Source of the DNA: an uncultured bacterium
GTDB lineage: Bacteria; Acidobacteriota; Aminicenantia; UBA2199
Reading direction: 5' to 3'
NCBI GenBank assembly: GCA_942492175.1
Contig: CALODR010000004.1
Coordinates: forward strand, 81,900-145,899
DNA length: 64,000 nt
Below, piece after piece: positions 1 to 9,409 of the stretch. The translations under genes were made by a program, and so were the position numbers. How positions within the stretch are numbered: the stretch's first letter is position 1; the number at the start of each line of letters is the position of its first letter. The notes below the pieces were generated by a model that was given only the letters and a program-made list of their open reading frames with translations, ran no database searches and was not told the DNA's origin.

Positions 1-422
1 ATGATGAAGTACTTAATTTTCTGAGTCAAAAATCCTATTCATTATGGAAATACCGGGGAGGGAAATATGCACCTCAACCCGGATTTGCCCCATCTTCAAA
101 GCCGATTGTTCTCCTGCTTAATGAGCAATCTTTAAGTGATGCAGAGATGACAGCATCAGGCTTCAAAGCCCTTAAACTTGGAAAGATCGTCGGGACTGAA
201 TCATACAGGTGGATAATTTTCACATCAGGGAAAGCATTGGTTGATGGATCATATTACCGTCTTCCTTCCTGGGGCTGTTATACACTCGATAAAAAAGACC
301 TTGAAAAAACCGGAGTTAAACCTGATATCTATATTAAAAATACATTGAAAGACAGAATCAGCGGAAATGATCCCCAACTGGACAAAGCAATAGAAATAAT
401 CCTCAACCAACTAAAAAAATAA
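1..422 (+). CDS. Tricorn protease homolog / S41-type peptidase, C-terminal fragment (5' end outside window)
   Basis: Frame 3 is open from nt 3 to the stop at 420-422. The translation (...PIVLLLNEQSLSDAEMTASGF...GSYYRLPSWGCY...DPQLDKAIEIILNQL) resembles the C-terminal catalytic/tail region of tricorn-type proteases. It is a paralog of the complete tricorn gene at 9410-12655. Confidence 0.6.
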   Translation, partial: DEVLNFLSQKSYSLWKYRGGKYAPQPGFAPSSKPIVLLLNEQSLSDAEMTASGFKALKLGKIVGTESYRWIIFTSGKALVDGSYYRLPSWGCYTLDKKDLEKTGVKPDIYIKNTLKDRISGNDPQLDKAIEIILNQLKK

Positions 423-429
423 ACACTCT

Positions 430-506
430 GGGACGGTTCCTTTTTTGTTCCTTTTTTTAAAAATTTATTTATTGATAAAAAAAAGGAACAAAAAAGGAAC
501 CGTCCC
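430..506. terminator. Long near-perfect inverted repeat (~29-bp stem, ~19-nt loop) downstream of the tricorn fragment; candidate intrinsic terminator
   Basis: GGGACGGTTCCTTTTTTGTTCCTTTTTTT (430-458) is the exact reverse complement of AAAAAAAGGAACAAAAAAGGAACCGTCCC (478-506). T-tracts on one arm and A-tracts on the other would allow either orientation. It lies between two co-directional genes. Confidence 0.55.
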
Positions 507-580
507 CAATATGTTTCAGTTTTAAGATATTTAAACTTTTTTTTCAGGATTTTCGTTTATTAGATTAATGGGAGAATCAC

Positions 581-2845
581 ATGAGATCTAATCATTTTAT
601 TTCTAAAAGCATTTTTACTATATTGATCGTTACTTTGGTATTCAATTTCAATTTCGGGCAGGAGAAAAAAGAGAAAGTGTATCCTCCTGCTAAGAATTTT
701 AAGGTTTCAAAAGCAGTGTCAAAAATCTCGATTGACGGTGTCCTTAATGAAGAGGCATGGAAGCATCCGGAGAAGGTTGGGATAGATTATGAATGGACTC
801 CCGGAGATGCAACAGAACCTCCGGTAAAAACAGATGTTATGGTTACTTTTGATGAGAAGAATTTTTATATGGCATTTGTCTGTTATGATCCGGAACCGTC
901 AAAGATCCGGGCCCACCTAATGGACAGGGATAGTATCGATACTTTTATTCAGGATGACCATATCAGTTTTATGCTTGATACGTTTAATGATGAAAGGCGC
1001 GCTTTTCAGTTTAGAGTGAATCCGCTTGGAGTTCAGGCTGATGCGATCTTTTCCGAAATGGAAGGTTATGAAGATTTTTCATGGGATGCGATCTGGGATT
1101 CAGCCGGGAAAATAACAGATTTCGGATATGTAGTGGAAATCAAGATACCGTTGAACCAATTAAGGTTTCCTAAAGATAAGGGAGTTCAGACCTGGGGAAT
1201 TGAAGCTGACAGATCCTATCCAAGGACTTCCAGACACAGGATGAGCACTCATGTCAGGGACAGGAACAAGAATTGTATCCTGTGCCAGTTTAATAAGGCC
1301 ACAGGATTTGAAGGATTATCTCCCGGGAAAAATCTTGAGTTTGACCCGACACTTACCATGGTGAGAACTGATAAAATCGATGAATTTCCGAATGGAAGCC
1401 TTGAAAATGGAAAAATAAAAGCAGATCCCGGCATCAGTGCCCGCTGGGGGATCACGTCCAATCTGGTCCTGAATGCCGCCGTCAACCCCGATTTTTCCCA
1501 GGTTGAAGCAGATGTCCAGGAACTTGAAGTGAATACCAGGTATGCGATAAGGTATCCGGAGAAGAGGCCTTTCTTTCTGGAAGGGGCCGATTTCTTTCTG
1601 ACCCCGCTTGAAGCTATTTTTACAAGGACCGTGTTTGATCCTTATTGGGGTGGTAAACTTACCGGCAAGATCGGAAGCAATGCCGTGGGTTTTTATACGA
1701 CAAGAGATAAGTTTAATAACCTGATCATACCGTCCAATCAGGGATCGGAATCCCACACCATTGATGATGATGTGTTTAATGCCGTTTTCAGGTACCGTCG
1801 GGATATCGGCAGTGGATCCGCCATCGGTTTCCTATATACCGGCAGAGCCGGTGATAACTATTCGAACCATTTGGTTGGCGGCGATGGATTCTTCCGGTTT
1901 GGAAGATCGAAAACCCTTAATGTTCAATTCCTCCGATCTCAGACTGAATATCCGGAAGAGGTTGCATCCGCTTACGGCCAGGATATGGGGAATTTCGGCG
2001 GTAATGCAATCTTTGCCAGCTTTGTTCATGGTTCAAGGAATCTATTATATCAGTTTCAATATACAGACCTTTCTGCAGGATTCAGGGCTGATTCGGGATT
2101 TATACCCCGGGTAGATTATAGAAAATTTGATGCGATGATCCAGCCCGTTTTCTGGGGGAAACCCGGCGGCTGGTTTAACAGGGTCTCATTTATATTGCGG
2201 GGATGGTATATATCTGATCAGGATGGGGAGATGACCGATCAGAAATTGTATGGAAATTTCACATATCAGGGACCCCTTCAATCGACTGTTCAGACTGCAG
2301 TGAATATATCGAAAGAGGTTTACAATGGTGAAACTTTCGATAAGAATTACCTGCAGTTCTATGCCGAAATGAAACCGAAAGGAGGATTGTACTATTCTCT
2401 TTATACTCAGTACGGAAGTGCTATTGATTATTCGAATATCAGGCCGGGAAAATCCTTCCAGGTGATGCCCGGAGTGGAACTTGGCCTGGGAAGAAATCTG
2501 AATATCAATCTCAGCCATATTTTTGAACATTTTACATATGAGGGAGATAAGGTTTATACAGCAAATCTGCTACAGACAAAGTTCATCTACAATTTAAACA
2601 TAAGGACATTTGTCAGGGCTATTGTTCAATATACCCACATCAATAGAAATAAAGGACTTTATATTGTTCCGGTGGATGAGACCACAAAAGCGATTTTTAC
2701 TCAATTTCTATTTTCATATAAGATCAATCCACAGACGGTACTATTTCTCGGATATTCTGATAATCAGTATGGAATGAAAGGTATTGACATGACAAGAGCG
2801 GACAGGACCTTCTTCCTGAAAATAGGTTATGCACTGGTTTTATGA
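581..2845 (+). CDS. DUF5916 / CBM9-like (DOMON-like) domain protein, secreted
   Basis: 754 aa with an N-terminal hydrophobic signal. The N-terminal CBM9-like region (SKISIDGVLNEEAWK..., FYMAFVCYD, RVNPLGVQADAIF) is followed by a long beta-rich C-terminal region typical of the DUF5916 family. An RBS (GGGAG) precedes the ATG. Paralog at 56660-58882. Confidence 0.6.
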   Translation: MRSNHFISKSIFTILIVTLVFNFNFGQEKKEKVYPPAKNFKVSKAVSKISIDGVLNEEAWKHPEKVGIDYEWTPGDATEPPVKTDVMVTFDEKNFYMAFVCYDPEPSKIRAHLMDRDSIDTFIQDDHISFMLDTFNDERRAFQFRVNPLGVQADAIFSEMEGYEDFSWDAIWDSAGKITDFGYVVEIKIPLNQLRFPKDKGVQTWGIEADRSYPRTSRHRMSTHVRDRNKNCILCQFNKATGFEGLSPGKNLEFDPTLTMVRTDKIDEFPNGSLENGKIKADPGISARWGITSNLVLNAAVNPDFSQVEADVQELEVNTRYAIRYPEKRPFFLEGADFFLTPLEAIFTRTVFDPYWGGKLTGKIGSNAVGFYTTRDKFNNLIIPSNQGSESHTIDDDVFNAVFRYRRDIGSGSAIGFLYTGRAGDNYSNHLVGGDGFFRFGRSKTLNVQFLRSQTEYPEEVASAYGQDMGNFGGNAIFASFVHGSRNLLYQFQYTDLSAGFRADSGFIPRVDYRKFDAMIQPVFWGKPGGWFNRVSFILRGWYISDQDGEMTDQKLYGNFTYQGPLQSTVQTAVNISKEVYNGETFDKNYLQFYAEMKPKGGLYYSLYTQYGSAIDYSNIRPGKSFQVMPGVELGLGRNLNINLSHIFEHFTYEGDKVYTANLLQTKFIYNLNIRTFVRAIVQYTHINRNKGLYIVPVDETTKAIFTQFLFSYKINPQTVLFLGYSDNQYGMKGIDMTRADRTFFLKIGYALVL

Positions 2846-2855
2846 GAGCAGTAAA

Positions 2856-3470
2856 TCAGTTTTTTTCCGCAGGGTCGAGGTCCTCAGATAGGAAGTAGAT
2901 CAGACTGTGGATGAAGCTGACGTTGGATTCCTTTTTATCCGATACATAAAAGTCCATGCTGTTGCCTTTCCTGAGACGGTAGTAAGAGGCATACCCTCCC
3001 CTGGAGCAGGTATTCTCCCAGATCTGTTTACCGGATTGAGCATTGTAAAGCCTCAGAACTGCAGTCATGCGGAATATGGAACGAATCCCGAAATACCTCT
3101 TTGGGCGTTCAAAGTTTATCATTGGCCTGAAATCTGTTATGGTGATCTCTCCCATAAAAACTGCGTCCAGATCATTTTCCGTCGCGATCCTCCGGACCGA
3201 TTCTCTCAGTGTTTCCGGTTCCATATCTTCCCCGTTCATCATCATTGGATTTTCCAGGAGTCGAAATACAGTTCCCGGGTAATATTTTCTGAGTTGGGCG
3301 GTGAGCTGTTCCGTGGCGATCTTCTCCAAAACGCCTTGCTCATTGCTGATATTAAATGATACGATGCCCACCCGGGGATACAAGGAGATATCAGTCCCGG
3401 GAAATGCGGCGGACATTTGTACAAAAACAAAGAGCATGAATAAAATAAGGGTAAGGATGATTTTTTTCAT
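2856..3470 (-). CDS. Secreted protein of unknown function (paralog A of a tandem pair)
   Basis: 204 aa with a signal peptide (MKKIILTLILFMLFVFVQMSAA). It shares blocks with the adjacent gene: EGVLEKIATEQLTAQL, DAVFMGEITITDF, FRMTAVLRLYNAQSGKQIWE and SLIYFLSEDL. Confidence 0.6.
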   Translation of the reverse strand: MKKIILTLILFMLFVFVQMSAAFPGTDISLYPRVGIVSFNISNEQGVLEKIATEQLTAQLRKYYPGTVFRLLENPMMMNGEDMEPETLRESVRRIATENDLDAVFMGEITITDFRPMINFERPKRYFGIRSIFRMTAVLRLYNAQSGKQIWENTCSRGGYASYYRLRKGNSMDFYVSDKKESNVSFIHSLIYFLSEDLDPAEKN

Positions 3471-3612
3471 ATTATTCCTTTTTATAACAGAATATATCCA
3501 TTTTGAAGTTTTTCAATATGAAAAAAGTCATTTTATTCAGTTTTCTTTGTTTAAAAAGGAAAATCCGAAAAAGGAATGTCTGACCCGGAGAACCCTCCCC
3601 TGGACCAATAAT

Positions 3613-4230
3613 TCACTCCTTCACTGAAGAGTGAAAATCTTCGGTCAGGAGGTAAATGAGTTTCCTGACAAAACGGATATAAGATTCGTCATTATCGGAA
3701 ACCTTGAAGACGGGAGTGATCTCCGTGGAGAAATGGTCGTAGGAGGCGTTTCCCTGCCTCGAGGTAGATCCGGACCAGACCAGTTCGCCTGAAGATCCGT
3801 TAAACAGTTTCAGCTCTGCTGTCATTCTGAATGTTGTTTGTATCCTCGATTTCTGCATCAGACTTTGAACCCTCATCTTCGGATTCATATCCGAGACAGT
3901 GATTTTCCCGAAAAAAACCGCATCGACCTTATGTTTTCCGGATAGATCTTTGATTTTTTCAGTATCATTGAATGCATCGGGTCCATTTCCCTGAAACCCT
4001 TCTTCTTTACCCAGCTTTGTTATTGAAGATTTCTTCAAATATTCTTTTAACTGCCCGTACAGGATATCCGTGGCCATTTCATCCAGAACACCTTCGGCAT
4101 TTATGATCTCAAATGTGATTATCCCGATCTTTCCGAACGGTTCCATATCAATATCTGCCTTATGTGTAACCCGAGCGCTACAGTTCAGGACCGCCAGAAT
4201 ACATAATGATAGTATTAATATTTTTGTCAT
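3613..4230 (-). CDS. Secreted lipoprotein of unknown function (paralog B of a tandem pair)
   Basis: The likely start is the internal Met (MTKILILSLCILAVLNCS, a lipobox-like Cys). The ATG at 4228-4230 was checked on the minus strand. Conserved blocks with the 2856-3470 paralog are EGVLDEMATDILYGQL, DAVFFGKITVSDM, FRMTAELKLFNGSSGELVWS and LIYLLTEDF. Confidence 0.6.
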   Translation of the reverse strand: MTKILILSLCILAVLNCSARVTHKADIDMEPFGKIGIITFEIINAEGVLDEMATDILYGQLKEYLKKSSITKLGKEEGFQGNGPDAFNDTEKIKDLSGKHKVDAVFFGKITVSDMNPKMRVQSLMQKSRIQTTFRMTAELKLFNGSSGELVWSGSTSRQGNASYDHFSTEITPVFKVSDNDESYIRFVRKLIYLLTEDFHSSVKE

Positions 4231-4364
4231 TGCTTCCTCTCTCACATAATAGAATATATATAAAACCGTCATATTCAATACAAAAGAGGCTTTTTTTATC
4301 TTTCAGGTTTGATTTTTAACATGGCTGAGTTTATAGTATCCCTGAGATCTTTCCGGAGGGATAT

Positions 4365-5324
4365 ATGAAACAGACACCCCGAAATGTGCGGGTTGCCGTT
4401 GTACAGGACTCGCCTGTCCTTTTTGACAGAGACGGGACCGTTGAAAAAACATGCCGGCTGATCAACGAAGCTGCTTCGGCAGGCGCTGAATTTGTATTGT
4501 TTCCCGAGGCTTTTATACCGGCATATCCGCGCGGCCTTTCATTCGGTATGAAGGTTGGAGGCAGGACAGAAGAGGGACGGAAATTATGGCGGCGGTACTG
4601 GGAGAATTCTGTGGAAATTCCCGGACAGGCAACAAAACAGATCGCCGATCAGGTTAAAAAAAACAATGTGTATGTCGCTGTCGGCGTGATCGAGAAAGAT
4701 TCGGAATTCAGTAAAGGGACACTATACTGCACACTCCTGTATTTTGGGAAAGACGGAACCATACTCGGGAAACACAGGAAGCTGAAACCGACGGGCTCGG
4801 AGCGGCTGATTTGGGGGGAAGGTGACGGCAGTACACTAACTGTGGTGGATACGGATGTCGGCAGGATCGGCGGATTGATCTGCTGGGAGAATTACATGCC
4901 GATGGCGAGGATGGCAATGTACGGGAAAGGGGTGGAAATCTATCTTGCTCCGACAGCAGACCAGCGTGACAGGTGGCAGTCGACCATGATTCATATTGCA
5001 CTGGAAGGCAGATGTTTTGTCCTCGGATGCAATCAGTATGTGACAAAAGATATTTATCCTGCAGATCTTGAAATGATAGAAGAACTTGAGGAGATGCCTA
5101 AGGTAATCTGCCGGGGGGGGAGTGTCATTGTTTCCCCGATGGGCGAGGTCCTGGCAGGGCCTCTGTGGGATAAAGAAGGAATATTATATGCGGATCTGAA
5201 CAGGGATGACCTTGAAAAAGCAAAACTGGACTTTGATGTCACCGGTCACTATGCCCGACCGGATATCTTCAAATTAATCGTCAACGAGAATCCCATGCCC
5301 CCTGTAGAATTTGGGGAGGATTAG
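4365..5324 (+). CDS. Nitrilase/cyanide hydratase family carbon-nitrogen hydrolase
   Basis: 319 aa with a CN-hydrolase fold: E in FPEAF, K in HRKLKP, and the catalytic Cys in GGLICWENYMP. Local GC is visibly higher than in the flanking genes. Confidence 0.8.
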   Translation: MKQTPRNVRVAVVQDSPVLFDRDGTVEKTCRLINEAASAGAEFVLFPEAFIPAYPRGLSFGMKVGGRTEEGRKLWRRYWENSVEIPGQATKQIADQVKKNNVYVAVGVIEKDSEFSKGTLYCTLLYFGKDGTILGKHRKLKPTGSERLIWGEGDGSTLTVVDTDVGRIGGLICWENYMPMARMAMYGKGVEIYLAPTADQRDRWQSTMIHIALEGRCFVLGCNQYVTKDIYPADLEMIEELEEMPKVICRGGSVIVSPMGEVLAGPLWDKEGILYADLNRDDLEKAKLDFDVTGHYARPDIFKLIVNENPMPPVEFGED

Positions 5325-5360
5325 CAGAAAAACGGTAAAAATCTTTTTGTCCCATCCATT

Positions 5361-6716
5361 TTATTTCTTTAGGATATCCATTACTGCGGAGCTCATTGCT
5401 ATCACTCCTGTTCTGATGGTTGGTTCATAGTCGGGAGCCCAGAGTGGTGAATGAAGTCCTGGCAATGTCTTTCCTGATTTCTTTGCCTTCATAAATGTTT
5501 CAGGATTAATTGCTCCCAGCCAGAATATGAATGACGGGATCTTCGGCTCAACTCTTCCATACTCTGAAAAATCCTCTCCGGCAGTTACAGCATCCGCAAT
5601 AATTACATTTTTAATGCCTAATACTTTTCTGAATGTTGCCATTACTCTTTCAGTAAGTTCAGGATCATTATAGGTTGCATTGATAGATTCGTTCATAACC
5701 GTGACTACAGGGAGTTCTTTTTCTTCAAGTCCTGCTGCAATACCGATCCCCCGGGAGATCCTTTTTATTGAATCTAATATTTTTTCCCTGATATCCTGTT
5801 CATAGGAGCGGACGGTAAGTTTCAGATAAACTCTGTCTGGAATGATATTGTGTTTAGTGCCGCCGTGAATTGAACCGACAGTAACAACAGCTTTTTTGTT
5901 CGGCGGAACTTCCCTGCTTACAATTGTCTGAAGTGCCATCACTATTTGTGATGCAAGGACAACCGGATCTTTTGTTGTTTCCGGAGCTGCTCCGTGCCCT
6001 CCGATCCCTTTTACTTCAATATTAACAGAATCAACATTTGCCAGGATATATCCCGGCTTCGATGCGACCATGCCTGACGGGATCGGCCCGTCGTGAAGTG
6101 CAAGTAAAAAATCGGGTCTGGGAAATTTTGTGAAAAGTCCGTCTGCAAGCATCCCTTTGGCTCCAACCCCTGTCTCTTCTGCCGGCTGTGCAATCATTAT
6201 AATTGTTCCAGACCATCTGTTTTTTAATTCTGATAATACTCTTGCAGTTCCCGTGAAAACTGACATATGTATATCATGACCGCAGGCATGCATAACTCCG
6301 ACACTATTTCCGGAGCTGTCTTTAACTATAACCTTACTCGCATACGGGAGTCCTGTTTTTTCAGTAACCGGAAGAGCATCCATATCTGCCCTAACAAGAA
6401 CTGTTTTTCCAGGGCCGTTCTTTAATACTCCTACAACTCCGTAATTACCGATACCGTAGGTTACTTTGTATCCTGCTCCCAGGAGTTCTCTTTCCATTTT
6501 TTTTGAAGTGGTTTTCTCCTGAGATGAAAGTTCGGGGGTTTTATGAAGGTCGATATATAATTCCTTTAAAGATGACATCTCTTTTGTCAGAACTTTATCA
6601 ATATCTTCTTTTAAATTGCTTTTCCTGTTTTCAGTTTCAGCAGTAAGGTTAAGTCCGGTAACAATAAACACAGTTAATGTTATATATATTAAAATATGAG
6701 CTTTTTTCATTATCAT
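5361..6716 (-). CDS. M20D family amidohydrolase/peptidase (hippurate-hydrolase-like), secreted
   Basis: 451 aa with a signal peptide. The metal-binding motif MHACGHDIH and an overall M20 (ArgE/DapE/HipO-like) layout are present. Confidence 0.75.
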   Translation of the reverse strand: MIMKKAHILIYITLTVFIVTGLNLTAETENRKSNLKEDIDKVLTKEMSSLKELYIDLHKTPELSSQEKTTSKKMERELLGAGYKVTYGIGNYGVVGVLKNGPGKTVLVRADMDALPVTEKTGLPYASKVIVKDSSGNSVGVMHACGHDIHMSVFTGTARVLSELKNRWSGTIIMIAQPAEETGVGAKGMLADGLFTKFPRPDFLLALHDGPIPSGMVASKPGYILANVDSVNIEVKGIGGHGAAPETTKDPVVLASQIVMALQTIVSREVPPNKKAVVTVGSIHGGTKHNIIPDRVYLKLTVRSYEQDIREKILDSIKRISRGIGIAAGLEEKELPVVTVMNESINATYNDPELTERVMATFRKVLGIKNVIIADAVTAGEDFSEYGRVEPKIPSFIFWLGAINPETFMKAKKSGKTLPGLHSPLWAPDYEPTIRTGVIAMSSAVMDILKK

Positions 6717-6789
6717 TTTTCTCCTTTTTTCAGCATACTTAAACTATAGTATATCTTTCAGAGTACAGCAATATATACTTTTTTTATTT

Positions 6790-7701
6790 TTATAATAGAG
6801 ATATTACAAGTTTCCTAAGGTTGTCTCCAGACCTCTCACTCGAGGAAACCTTTTTGAACAGATTCCCTTTTTTGTCCACAAGAATTATTGTCGGGACAGA
6901 GTTGAAGTTACCGTATGCATTTGAAACAGACTTGTCCCCCCATCCGAATTTGAAAGAGTAGAGTTTGGATGTTTCAACAGCTTTCTTATCCGAGCCGTAT
7001 TTTTTCCATGTTTTATCTTTGTCCATGGCAACGGCTATCACTTCCAAACCTTTTGATGAAAATTCCCTGAAAAGTTTTTCCAGTACCGGCATACTCTTTT
7101 TACATGAAGGGCACCATCCGGTCCAGAATTCAAGGAGGACTACTTTGCCCTTGAGATCAGCAAGATCCACTTCCCCCCCTTTGAAATCTTCTATCTTGAG
7201 AGAGGGTGCTTTTCCTCCCTTTCCCATCTGATACTCAAAGTTTGCAGTGCCGCCGTGATATTGAGCGTACTCAAGGTTTGCTTTAAAGTTCCGTTCCCCC
7301 GGTAATTCTTTCAGTGCATATTCATAGGCTCCTGCAGCCCAGGCAAAATATTTGGCAGCTTCAGCGAATTTTTTCTCCTTAAGAAGGGTGTCGGCTTTTT
7401 TTATCTGAATATATCCTCTCGTTCCCAGGCAATATTTGAAATTTGTTTTATAACCTCTGTTCTCAGGCTCCGCAGCTATGGCTTTTTTGTACATCATGGC
7501 AGCTTCCAGGAATATTTTTCCTGCCTTGTAAACATCTCCATTTTTTTTTAAGGATTCGGCCGACTGCATGACTTTATATGCCAGTTTCCCCGGACTCTCT
7601 GAATCTTCAGCTCCTGATAAATATACTCCGGTAAATAGAAGGGAGATTGATAATATGATAAACAGGATAGATCTTGATCTCATTTTTCCTCCTTTGATCA
7701 A
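6790..7701 (-). CDS. TlpA/ResA-like thiol:disulfide oxidoreductase with N-terminal TPR-like region
   Basis: 303 aa with a signal/TM segment. The C-terminal thioredoxin fold carries the WTGWCPSCKK (CxxC) motif. The N-terminal half is helical repeats. Confidence 0.7.
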   Translation of the reverse strand: MIKGGKMRSRSILFIILSISLLFTGVYLSGAEDSESPGKLAYKVMQSAESLKKNGDVYKAGKIFLEAAMMYKKAIAAEPENRGYKTNFKYCLGTRGYIQIKKADTLLKEKKFAEAAKYFAWAAGAYEYALKELPGERNFKANLEYAQYHGGTANFEYQMGKGGKAPSLKIEDFKGGEVDLADLKGKVVLLEFWTGWCPSCKKSMPVLEKLFREFSSKGLEVIAVAMDKDKTWKKYGSDKKAVETSKLYSFKFGWGDKSVSNAYGNFNSVPTIILVDKKGNLFKKVSSSERSGDNLRKLVISLL

Positions 7702-7783
7702 TTTAATAATATAAATATTATAAATAATTGTGTCAAATGCAGGTATGCTATTTTATTCTCCTGTAGTAAAATAATTTCTTATT

Positions 7784-8665
7784 ATGAAATTGAAAAGCGT
7801 TATATATCTTCTATGTTTTGCTATCTTTGTAGCAATGGGGCATATCCTCCAGAAGATCGTACTGAATTTCGGTGTGGATAAACTTATCTTTGCTTTTCTC
7901 CGGATCACGGCCGGATTCATTATTATTTCTGTGATCGTATTTTATAAAAAATATGATCCTGTAAAAATAGTAAAAAAGAATTACAGGCATTTCCTGGTTC
8001 TCGGTATCGGATTCTCAGGGCTGGGGATCATTCTTAAATTGTGGGGTTTGCAGAATACCACTGCAGTAAACGCATCGTTTATAATGTCATTGTCATCTGC
8101 TGCTGCAGTCCTTTTTGCTTTCCTTTTTCTTAAAGAAGAGCCATCAAAAAAATTCTATTTTTTTATGGCGCTTATGATATTCGGGGTATACCTGGTTACG
8201 ACCGGTGGGAAGAGCATTGTCCCCCGTAAAGGAGATATGATAATTTTCGGACTTGCATTTCTGATAGGATCAATGAGAGTGTATGGGAAGAAAGTACTTA
8301 AAACCCTAACTGTGATAGAGACAGCATTCGGCAGATCGATGTTCGGGGCGATATTTCTGTTCATCCTTATATTCATTTTTTCCCCTGAAGGATTTTCCAC
8401 TATCAGGGACTGGAAAATATTAATCCTGGTATTGTCAAACGGAATTACTTTCAGCGGAAGTATTCTTTGTTTTTATGCCGCGCTTCAGAACGAGGGGGCT
8501 TCGAACAGCAGTATGTTCGCACTTCTGGTCCCATTATTTACACTTGTGATGGGATACTTTGTTCTTGGAGAGAAACTTAACCTGATCCAGCTTTCCGGGG
8601 GCGGAATAATCCTTATCTGTTCTCTGTTTATTTCGAGATTGAAATTGAGACAGGCCAATTTCTGA
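7784..8665 (+). CDS. EamA/DMT superfamily transporter
   Basis: 293 aa with about 10 predicted TM helices and the duplicated EamA-like architecture. Confidence 0.65.
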   Translation: MKLKSVIYLLCFAIFVAMGHILQKIVLNFGVDKLIFAFLRITAGFIIISVIVFYKKYDPVKIVKKNYRHFLVLGIGFSGLGIILKLWGLQNTTAVNASFIMSLSSAAAVLFAFLFLKEEPSKKFYFFMALMIFGVYLVTTGGKSIVPRKGDMIIFGLAFLIGSMRVYGKKVLKTLTVIETAFGRSMFGAIFLFILIFIFSPEGFSTIRDWKILILVLSNGITFSGSILCFYAALQNEGASNSSMFALLVPLFTLVMGYFVLGEKLNLIQLSGGGIILICSLFISRLKLRQANF

Positions 8666-8721
8666 TTCAATTGGGCCTTTTAAAAGTTGACTAAATAAAG
8701 TAAATAATTTATAGAGGGAAC

Positions 8722-9378
8722 ATGAGTATACATTTTAAGGAATTACCGGAATTCGGGATGGGACTTAAAATTGAGAATGAACCGATTCCTGAAGGTGAAG
8801 CACTGGTCACTCTTGTATTATCTGTTAGAGAGTGCATATTAAATCTGGATTCCAGAGGCATAGATGCCTTTGAAAGAAAGAAAGATGACCGTGTTGTTAC
8901 CTTCAAGGATACTGCCGGACTTTTCAGAAGAAAAGAGAGACTGTCCAACACCAAATATATACTTCAATATCTTCTGTTATTCCTTGAAGATATGCCCACA
9001 CCTGAAAAAGTCAGACTGCTGCCTGAAAACCCATTTATTCAATTCAGGGATTTTGTACTGTATCAGATTTCAGATCTTAAAGAGGAAGATGTTATCAATG
9101 CAGTACTGAGGGAGTATGAAGATCTGGGGATCTTAAACACAAGTAATCTTTGGATCCACAAAGGGAAAATAAGGCTGTTTCATGACAAATTAAAGGAAAG
9201 TCTCCGAGAGGCGACGGAACCTGTGCCGGAAAGCTATGCGCAGTTGTTTTTGGCACTGCGAAAGCTGTCCCTGTTCTGGTTCGGTATTCGAAGAGAAAAC
9301 CTGGACAGGATCAGAAAAAGCGATCTTTATATCTACAAACTGGTCCGTATCCTGCTGAGTAAAATTAGTTTATCTTAA
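8722..9378 (+). CDS. Hypothetical protein
   Basis: 218-aa ORF with no motif I can assign. It is predicted to be cytoplasmic and helical. Confidence 0.4.
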   Translation: MSIHFKELPEFGMGLKIENEPIPEGEALVTLVLSVRECILNLDSRGIDAFERKKDDRVVTFKDTAGLFRRKERLSNTKYILQYLLLFLEDMPTPEKVRLLPENPFIQFRDFVLYQISDLKEEDVINAVLREYEDLGILNTSNLWIHKGKIRLFHDKLKESLREATEPVPESYAQLFLALRKLSLFWFGIRRENLDRIRKSDLYIYKLVRILLSKISLS

Positions 9379-9409
9379 AATACCTGTCTCAGCAGATCTT
9401 CTTTCCTTA

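Noticed and set aside
1249-2530. Several 60-150-aa ORFs (1249-1485, 1316-1756, 1761-2114, 2186-2530) inside the first DUF5916 gene
   Set aside because: They are nested within or antisense to a well-supported 754-aa CDS and have no motifs.
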